A program made the translations under genes and the position numbers. From positions 806,001 to 870,000 of the forward strand of contig CP142729.1 in assembly GCA_036630325.1 (NCBI GenBank): a stretch of 64,000 bases of DNA, given 5' to 3'. Source of the stretch: Vairimorpha necatrix (lineage: Eukaryota). Below are positions 26,851-35,906 of the stretch, one piece after another; the stretch's first letter is position 1; the number at the start of each line of letters is the position of its first letter. Below the pieces are notes generated by a model. That model was not told the DNA's origin, searched no databases, and was given only the letters and a program-made list of their open reading frames with translations.

Positions 26851-28449
26851 GTTTGGGTTTTCTTTATTTAATTCTTTAGTTATGTACCAACATGCTTTTA
26901 CAAGCGGTACAAAATTTTTATGCGTTCCAGAGAGTCTTTGCAGCTCTCCTAGAACAGTTGTTTTTGTTAAAGACATAAAGTCGGTGAAGAAATTAACTTC
27001 ATCGCAGATATTAGAACCTCCGAACTTTTCTTTAATTTTGCTTAGTACCTTTTGGCCCACGTGTTCTCTAATCATCAGAAGTACTACTTCCGAATCTTTA
27101 AATTGTTTTATAAGTGGTATATCTTTATTTTCCACATCAGCTAAGGCTGCCCAAGCGTCTCTAGATTGAGGTTTCCCTTTCAATCCGAGTCCAGACACAA
27201 GAGCTATCCTAAACTTACACTTGGAAATAATTCTACCATCCTTAATAATTTTCATAAGAGCTTCTTCAGATAGCTCTTTGGCCCAGTTTTTCTTTGGTAA
27301 AACTGGAACTCTTTTTTGTTGACATTTCTCATTTTTTCTGTCCTTCGTTTTTTTTGTAAAATTTATTCTCTGATTTTGTAATCTTTCCTTTTCATGATCT
27401 TTTTTAGGAATGATATTCTTTCTCTTTACAGCTTCATGATTAATCTTTTTGGGCACTTTTACATTGCCACTAGTTTCTACTTTAAGTGATTTAAATCTAT
27501 TAAAGTTGGTTTTATCTGTGGTTTTACCACTTCTGTTTTTCTTCAAGTCTATCTGGACTTTAGGCTTGAATGTGTGTTTGACAGATGTCCATCCGTCTTC
27601 GTTTATATGGAAAAGCTTGACTCCATTCTTAGGAGCTTTTCTTTTACCAGCTATAATAGCAGAGATAGTTGACAGATGTCTAACTACTGCTTTTTTATTA
27701 ATGAAAGCTAAGTCTAGCTTAACATCTTTTGTTTTAATATTTTTATTAATTATAATATTTGTAGACGCATTTGAGACACCTATACATTTTCTTTTGCCAT
27801 CATCTGACAATCGATCTTCTTCTTCTACTTTGACAGCAGACACGATATTTTTGACATTAATTAAAACATCTTCATTTATGATTTCTAATTTAGAAATATC
27901 ATTGTTTCCAGTAGCTAACTGAAGGGTTTCGCTACTGGTATCATTTGGAACATCGGAGTTATTATCCTTTTGTTCTACACATTCTTTTGAGTGATTCTCA
28001 ATCATCATCTCAATTTTATTTTTTGTTGATTCTGTAAATTGATTACTGTCATCCATCAGATTATTTTTAATCAAATTTTTTAATTTGATATTTTGTTTTT
28101 CTAGCTTGTCATGGAAGAGCTCCAGATATGTCTGCTGAATCAGTAATAATTCAGTAGTGCTAGCTATGTATCTTTTAAGATCACTAAGATCTTTATTGTT
28201 TTCTTTTTTTGATGTGTCAAAAATATCATTTTTATTAATTCTTTCCGAGAGAATTTTTATTTTCTTGAGAAAATATTTCATTTCTCCATCATTTTTGAAA
28301 GTAACACTTGGGAAACTTTTATTAGCATATACATGCTTAGTTTGTTGTTTTAAATACATTTCTATATCTAAATTGTTGTTTGGACCACCAAAGTGGTCAC
28401 TTTTTGCTCTACTGAGCTCGCTCCTGCTTTCTCTTGCTTTACCCTTCAT
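26800..28449 (-). CDS. LINE ORF1 (basic, Lys-rich, probable nucleic-acid chaperone), about 549 aa from MKGKARES
   Basis: Long ORF upstream of ORF2 and inside the TSDs. The ATG is 3 nt from the TSD. No recognisable domain. Confidence 0.75.
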   Translation of the reverse strand: MKGKARESRSELSRAKSDHFGGPNNNLDIEMYLKQQTKHVYANKSFPSVTFKNDGEMKYFLKKIKILSERINKNDIFDTSKKENNKDLSDLKRYIASTTELLLIQQTYLELFHDKLEKQNIKLKNLIKNNLMDDSNQFTESTKNKIEMMIENHSKECVEQKDNNSDVPNDTSSETLQLATGNNDISKLEIINEDVLINVKNIVSAVKVEEEDRLSDDGKRKCIGVSNASTNIIINKNIKTKDVKLDLAFINKKAVVRHLSTISAIIAGKRKAPKNGVKLFHINEDGWTSVKHTFKPKVQIDLKKNRSGKTTDKTNFNRFKSLKVETSGNVKVPKKINHEAVKRKNIIPKKDHEKERLQNQRINFTKKTKDRKNEKCQQKRVPVLPKKNWAKELSEEALMKIIKDGRIISKCKFRIALVSGLGLKGKPQSRDAWAALADVENKDIPLIKQFKDSEVVLLMIREHVGQKVLSKIKEKFGGSNICDEVNFFTDFMSLTKTTVLGELQRLSGTHKNFVPLVKACWYITKELNKENPNFDLGEVGHDTDAVLFR

Positions 28450-28884
28450 TTTAAGCTTAAAGGTGTATACAATTATCTGTATCCGCACACGCCTCCTATA
28501 CTCCGTCACATTGCCAGCTCAGCATTTTATTGGGCTCCGTTGAACATTAGTCTTTACTACTTTTGGTCCCGTGTTACAGAATACGATAGAATGGGGTTCG
28601 GGGTAAGATTTTACTCCACTTCGTTAAATTTTTAGGCTTACTTTGGAAACACATTTTAGATGCACCTGACATAGTCCAAACTAGACCATGCGTTGCAGAT
28701 ATTTTTATGTATTGATACTTTATCACAAGCGTAATGTTGTTTTTGGTCGTAAGATTGTTTCAACACATGATTATTATTTCCTTATTGCTATAAGCATTTG
28801 ATTTCATTAAATAAATTAATTGTTGTCGTGTACATTTTCTAAATCCCGACTGTTCCAACTGCATCATATTAAACCCCTTAAAGC

Positions 28885-28948
28885 CACATGTATTCGAACC
28901 TGACACGTCAATGGCGAGCTCCGCCTCTGACCACTAAACTAAAGCTAT
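28885..28948 (-). other. tRNA-derived sequence (Pol III A and B boxes), possible SINE head
   Basis: Minus strand reads TAGTTTAGTGG...GGTTCGAATAC with tRNA-like spacing. The cloverleaf stems do not pair. Confidence 0.5.
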
Positions 28949-29139
28949 TTTACAGATAAAATACTTTGTTGCTTCTTATTTCATTTTATTCAATCTTCAC
29001 TTTATGTTATACACTTAAAGACAATATTAACATCTGTTTCTATTAAAATGCTCTGTATCTATCTGTGTTATTTATTTAAAATTTAGTTTAATAGACATAT
29101 ACACATATGCCTGCATTTTTTATTAATTCAAAATATGAG

Positions 29140-29655
29140 ATAAAATAAAAAATAAAAATGTTTATTGTAAAAAGACAGAATCAGCAAAACGAAGAAAAGC
29201 CACCAAGCCACCAAAAACTCCACCAACCAGAAAAACATCAATAATTGCGTTTACACGCCAGCATACCTCAACGACCTTGCTTGTAGGAGAAAAATTTGTT
29301 CCCGTAAGTAACAGATCCTTAGTCATTTCTGACTAAAAAAAAATAAAATAAAATTAAAATAAAATTATTTATTGTAAAAAGACAGAATCAGCAAAACGAA
29401 GAAAAGCCACCAAAAACTCCACCAATAAAGAAAAACATCAATAATTGCGTTTACACGCCAGCATACCTCAACGGCCTCGCTTGTAGGAGAAAAATTTGTT
29501 CCCGTAGGTAACAGATCCTTAGTCATCTCTGACTACATATTTCGCGGACCTGATGAAAAACGAAAGCGCCTGGCTCAATACACCATTTAAGAACACGACT
29601 CAGTTCAGCGGAACAATACAGCATCAGTATCATGCCCAACCTCTCCCAGGTCAAA
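29140..29655 (-). repeat. Two head-to-tail free copies of R (full 29336-29655; 5'-truncated 29140-29335)
   Basis: Clear match to R1/R2 with shared subfamily variants. The full copy has the same boundary (CCCAGGTCAAA). Confidence 0.9.
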
Positions 29656-29683
29656 ATAGAAATTTGCACCTAGTTAAAAAACA

Positions 29684-29761
29684 TCGGTCCCGCCCTCCGC
29701 GACGTGGACGCTCTCTTGTGGAGGGTTTCGGTCCCACCCTCCACGACGTATACGCTCTCTT
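29684..29761. repeat. GC-rich 34-bp duplication with hairpin in the rDNA 3' spacer
   Basis: TCGGTCCCRCCCTCCRCGACGTRKACGCTCTCTT twice; stem GTGGAGGGT/ACCCTCCAC. Confidence 0.85.
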
Positions 29762-29796
29762 ATTTGTATACAACACCTACTATACATACAAAAAAA

Positions 29797-30019
29797 GCAG
29801 TAACCTCAAAATGTCGGCATACACCTTCATTCTTACAGTTCTGCTTAAAAGAGTAGTATTCTCCTAAATGTATCTTTGAGCTACGCTTCAGGCTTAAGAG
29901 GCTTTCAGCCTTAATCGAAACGACGTAGCTAAGCAACATAACTTAATAGTTAATCGCACTACCAGTGGTCATCACTTAGAGTTCCTCTCGTACTATCAAA
30001 GTTCACTCAAAAATACTTA

Positions 30020-30061
<42 letters not shown>

Positions 30062-30496
30062 TCTCACGTTCCTCATTACCGGGTGAACAATCCAACACTT
30101 CGTAACATATACACTACGATGATCAGAAGAGACGACATCGAAGAATCAAAAAGCAGAGTCGCTATGATCGCTTGCCTGCTACAAGCCAGTTATCCCTGTG
30201 GTAACTTTTCAATCACCCAATACATAATGAATGTAATTGGGATCGCTAGGCCAAGGTTTCCCTACTAAATACAGTCATATGCATAAAGTAAAGCAGATTT
30301 ATTCCCTTATAATAAACTGATGGTTACCATCCATCATTCATCTACCTTAGGACAGCTGTGTTACTTTTTAACAGCTGTACCGCCCCAGCCAAACTCCCCA
30401 TATATTCTAATAAATAAATATTCAAACATACTAGTGGTTTCACAATACTTCTCCCACCTCTCTACAATATACCGAATATTTATTAAAACATACTAA

Positions 30497-30528
<32 letters not shown>

Positions 30529-30627
30529 GATAAATAACAAGCCCGTTCCCTTGTCTCGTGGTTTCACAAAATTGTAAGTAGGGACAGTAGGAATCTCGTT
30601 GCTCCATTCATGCGCGTCACCAATTAA

Positions 30628-30680
<53 letters not shown>

Positions 30681-32275
30681 ATTCGCTTACACAACTTTAA
30701 CAATAAATGCACTGGGCAGAATTCACTTCTTGTAAATACAAAAAGCTATGTTTTTAATAAACAGTCAGATTCCTTACATAGTAAAAGTTCTAGCATGCTA
30801 GAGCCAATCTTTATCCCAAAGTTACAGATCTAATTTGCCGAATTCCCTTACTTACTTTAATTTAAAATATTTGTTATGATACAAAGACACCTGATGCGGT
30901 ATAGGTACGGTTAAAATTATTTTATTTTTATCAAGTATATATAATTAACTATTTCTTATCATGACAATCCATAGTTAAAATTAAATTTAATTCATTTATC
31001 TTAAATTTATTGAAATATACTGTCATTATCAAGTTACCTTATAATAATTTAATAAAGAATTATTAATCTTTTTTGTTTTTATAAATAACACCGATTCACT
31101 TCAATAATAATTGAAAACCCTAGTCTATATCTATACAAATATATTGTTACTGCCTCCAAGATCGGCTCATTTGTTTCTTCTATATATACTCACATATATA
31201 CTTCAATACAAACAAATTGCACAGCTACCTAAATATTTATTAGAAACATCTCATAAAAGTAGTAATCTTCTTCCATTTTATACAATAATACATTCGGTAG
31301 GTACGTTGTAACACGTTTCTTAGCGGATTTCTACTTCCATAACAACCGCCCTACTGTCTCAATGTATTCATCATATTTATGGTATAATATCTACTATTTA
31401 GAATATTTAATGTTTCATAAGGTTCATCCCTTTTTGCACATCATTCTTACAATCATGTGCCCACTAGTTATACAATAGATTCATTATATAAATTTAATTT
31501 ATATAATTCCATAGAATTAAAGATTTCTCATAGTTAAAAAACTATAACAGTGTCCTACATCTATGTCCTATATAATAATAACTGCTGTCCTGAGAGACAT
31601 TTCGCTGTGAACCAGCTACCACACAGTTCGATTGGTCTTTCGCCACTATACACATCTTAAATCATCGATTTGCACGTCAGAATGATTATGGTCCTCCAAT
31701 AAACTGTTGCTTATCTTCAACCAGAACATGTATAGTTCACTGTGTTTCGGGTCTTATAATTATAACTAATCAAGTTAATAAAGATTAAAAAATTTAATTT
31801 TTATCTTGCTATAATTATAATCTCCTTGGTCCGTGTTTCAAGACGGGTCCTTAAAAATAAGGCTAAACTCCACACATTTTCACAAGTTCCTTCGCAGTAC
31901 TTATTTTCTATCGGTATACCATTATATTTAACCTTAGATATTTCATTCTACCTTTATTCAAACTGCACTACCAAGCAGCTCTACTCAAGTACATTATTTT
32001 ATTCTATTAATAACGAATATAATATTCTCTATAAATATAATTAATAGAATAAACCATTTACAACTCCAATTAAGGATTACAATGGAGGGTTATTTCTTGT
32101 TCACTCGCTGCTACTAAAGAAATCCTAGTTAGTTTCTTTTCCTCCTTTTAATGATATGCTTAAGTTCAAAGGGTTATCAATACATTATAAATATATTAAT
32201 TAGGTAAATAATATACTTTCGTATTCTATTACGACCTTCATCGTTATGGTATCCTATTGATCCCATGTGTGGGCA
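29797..32275 (-). rRNA. Large subunit rRNA with fused 5.8S-like 5' region (about 2.48 kb)
   Basis: Conserved LSU motifs including the sarcin-ricin loop AGTACGAGAGGAAC, GAACTTAAGCATATC and AAGGTAGCCAAA. No ITS2. Ends are approximate. Confidence 0.97.
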
Positions 32276-32310
32276 AATTTAATAATTAAAATTAATTTAA
32301 ATTTAACTTA
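32276..32310 (-). other. Short AT-rich ITS (about 35 nt)
   Basis: Lies between the SSU 3' end (GGATCATAA) and the LSU start. Confidence 0.8.
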
Positions 32311-33557
32311 TTATGATCCTGCTAATGGTTCTCCAACAGCAACCATGTTACGACTTATATCAGATCTAATACATATTGTTCAAGTAGTTTTCACTAATTT
32401 CACAACACATATCATCTTAGATAGCGACGGGCGGTGTGTACAAAGAACAGGGACACATTCAATTCTACTTATTTAATAAAATTTACTAGCAATTCCAAGT
32501 TCAAATATCTCTTACAAAATATTATCCCATAAAGATTATATATCTATTGTATTGCGCGTGCAGCCCAAAATGTCTGAGGGCATAACGGACCTGTTTTAAT
32601 CCTTTCCTTCCTACACTGATTGTGTCTGTCTATTAATAAAAGGGTCTCACGTCTTGTTGAAATTAATCAAAACTTCACAGCATCCATTGAAAACGGCCAT
32701 GCACCACTATTATCATTCTCAGATTAAAAATCTTCTCTGAATAATAAAATATTGGTAAGTTACCTCGCGTTGAGTCAAATTAAGCCGCACAATCCACTCC
32801 TTGTGGTATTCTTCCGTCAATTTCTTTAATTTTCAATCTTGCGATCATACTATCCCCAGAGCCAAAAAACTCAAATTTCTATCATCTAATACAATTAATA
32901 TCATATCACATCGTCGGCATAGTTTACTGCTGGAACTACAATGGTATCTAATCATCTTTGCTCCTCCAGCTTACGTCCTTGTTCAAAAAATACATACAAG
33001 TGTACAGCTTTCGCTTCTGTTCGTCCAGTCAGGGTCGTCACATTTCATCTCTCTCCCAACTATACAGTACACCTCATATTGCTTCTTAAATATAAACTAC
33101 GGACTTTTTAACTGCATCAATCATCATACACACTCTTGGAACAAGTATTACCGCGGCTGCTGGCACTTGATTTGCCCTCCAATTAATCACCTCATATACT
33201 TTTACAATATGAAACAATAGAATATTACTTCCCATAACTGCCTCAGATAAAATCCATAGGTCAAGTTTCGCCCCTGCTGCAATCCTTAGACTTAGTAGCC
33301 GTCTCTCAGGCTCCTTCTCCGGAATATTACAAAGTAATACCGTTACCCGTCATTGCCTTGTTAAGCCATTACCTTAACAACTAGCTGATAGGTCTCACTC
33401 TTACTGTATATGTCTTATGCTACACTTTAACGCAGTTATACTAATTTAATACATTAAATAAAGTGAGTATTACTGAGCAGTCCATTTTTCCATATCAAAA
33501 ACATGCATGGGTTAATCTTAGGGAATAGCGTCTACGTCAGGCAGAATCAACCTGGTG
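32311..33557 (-). rRNA. Small subunit rRNA, microsporidian type (about 1.25 kb)
   Basis: Starts CACCAGGTTGATTCTGCCTGACG; contains GTGCCAGCAGCCGCGG and GTACACACCGCCCGTC; ends GCAGGATCATAA. Confidence 0.98.
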
Positions 33558-35906
33558 TTGTGTATTAAAAATCAATATATTTGATTTTAATCAGTATTTA
33601 TGAAAATATTAGAAATAAATATATTTCTTAATACAAATTCTTTTATTTAATATAAAATATGAAAACTATAATTGTTTAAAAATACTTAATAAATGATATA
33701 ATATCAGATTGGATGAAATAAAATTTTACAAGGGTAAAAAATTATTTTAATAAATCAGCAAATGATTGATTAATCACTGATTCACTGATCAAAATTGTGA
33801 TCTGAGATTAGCAACATTTATAATTGTGTAAATAATGTAATAAAAGAAACATGGATTCTAAATGATGCTTTATAAAGAGTTGAATCTACATGATACTACA
33901 GTATTATACATGAACACACTTATATATTTATCTTAAATTATGATTATTCTAATAATTAAATGATCTATTATCTAATTCTCAGATATAAAATTATTTTGTC
34001 TAATACACATTTGTTTTGTTCATTTGTTGACCCAAACAAATAAACAAGAAACTTGATATCTATATGGTGATAGATGACAATTTGACGTCGATTTACACAT
34101 AAGAAAAATTAATTTGTGGTATCCCACAAGTAATTTATTTTTTTTGGTTCTTTGATTGTTTGATCTGAACGAATTGTTTACAAACAAACAAAGAAAATTA
34201 TAAATATAAGTTTTGCTTTTACCCATACCTAAAAAAATACAGACTAACGATGAATATGAGAAAACAAAGACAAAACATTGTAAATAAAAAAAAATAGTTT
34301 AAACGACCACGACAACATGCTGGAGCATTTTTACCTGCATGGCTACGTCAGATTGAATTCAATAGACACAAAAGTAGCAATATAAACTACAAATAAAAAC
34401 AACGAAACATACAAAACAATGACATTCGAAATTCATATCGAAGGATTAAACAAACGACTCAAACAGGAAATTGTAATTATAGAAGACATTGAAAAGATAG
34501 ATATTATTAGGTGGTGTAAAGATTTTGAAGAACTTATAACTAGTAACAAATGGAGTAAAGTGATAGTATCTAAAGTTCTAAAAACACTCATAAAAGATGA
34601 AAGAGTCGAAAGGGAAGAATTGGAGAATTCTTGGAAAGACATTAAAACATATCTGTCTTCCATCTTTGATCCCAAGGAAGAGGAAAGACTATATGCTAAG
34701 AAACTAAAAAGGATTTATCAAATTAAGTTTAGATCGATAGTACAATATAAAAAAGAGATAAAAAATATATGAACATTTACAAAATAATTTCGGATATGAC
34801 TGAAAAGGAATATGACAAAAAAATAGCGACCGTGTTTTTTAACGGTTTAAGCAAATATACTTATAAAACAAAAATTTTAGAACTACAAATAACAAATTAT
34901 GAAGAGTGTTATGAATATTTACTAGAAATCGAGAAAAATTAACTACGAAATGCAAAGAAATGAACGAATGAAAAAGAAAGAATGAGAAGATATTTGCAAC
35001 GAATATCCAACAAGATAAAAACATTAAGAAGAATTATGAGGAGAGAAAATTTTGCAAATTACATCGCTGGTGTAATCACACGACCGAAGAATGCACCAAG
35101 TATGATCCAAAATATTATCAACATAGAAATAATCAGTAATAAAAAAATATAAATTCAATTTTATAAGGGAAAGTAAGACCAAATTAAAAAGGATTGAGTT
35201 GAATAAGGTAATAAATGTGGCGCGCGAGCGTTGACCCCGTGCAAGCGTTGACCCCCCCCAAAAAAAAAAACATAAAAAAAATAAGAAATAAAAAGAACAC
35301 AAAAAAATTTTAAAATTCAATTTTAATTAAAGTTTTTTAAGCCTCGACATAGGGAAAATTTGAGTTCCTTCTTCAGTTTCACATTTCACTCTGTTGTTTG
35401 AGAGAATTTCTATAATCTTAACTTCTTTAGAAAAAAATGAAGATAATTTTAGTTTTTTTGTTTTTATATTATTATCAAAGTCTTTAGCTACAATGACTTT
35501 GTCACCAATTTCAAAAGTATATTTTGAGATATGAACTAATGAATGACGATCCATTCTTGCAAGGTAATTTGGATCAACTGAACCAGTTTCAGTTTGCTCA
35601 TTAAAAACACTATTCGACAAATCTCTTTTATTTTTTGTCTTGAGTATCATTTCAATTTCTTTTAAGCTATCATCTGAAGACTCGTTCTCATCTTGCGTAT
35701 AGACAGAATTGAATCCTGGTATTCTTAAGAATAAATTAAACGGGACCTGCTTTGTCGCACTATGTTTGGCCAAATTGTAGTTGTAAACTGTTGACGTTAG
35801 CCGAAATATGAGGTTTTAGAGTATTCTTTTTATTATTGCCCATCCTCATAAATTCGAGGACGTATTTATATTTAATTCTGAAACGTTGTTTCAGAATTAT
35901 CATGTT

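Larger units (their letters stand above)
22346..28452 (-). mobile_element. Intact APE-type non-LTR retrotransposon (LINE), ORF1-R-ORF2-R
   Basis: Flanked by the 15-bp direct repeat AAGCTTAAAGGTGTA (22331-22345 and 28453-28467). Two long uninterrupted ORFs. Confidence 0.9.

Noticed and set aside
28450-28509. GTG-initiated N-terminal extension of LINE ORF1 in the ORF track
   Set aside because: It extends through and beyond the TSD into flanking DNA. The ATG at 28449 is the likely start.
23145-28635. Plus-strand ORFs opposite LINE ORF1/ORF2, and similar ORFs opposite pol genes
   Set aside because: Shadow ORFs from codon bias of the real strand.
28885-28948. Functional tRNA gene (also 47593-47665)
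   Set aside because: A and B boxes are present but the acceptor and T stems do not pair. Reported only as tRNA-derived.
30635-30660. R2-type insertion at the canonical LSU site
   Set aside because: The site TTAAGGTAGCCAAA is intact, and the RLE elements lie more than 20 kb away.
29553-33220. Short plus-strand ORFs over the R copies and rDNA
   Set aside because: They are antisense to rRNA or repeat sequence and carry no protein motifs.
33560-34110. 5S rRNA gene next to the rDNA unit
   Set aside because: No recognisable 5S sequence upstream of the SSU or downstream of the LSU. Only AT-rich palindromes are present.
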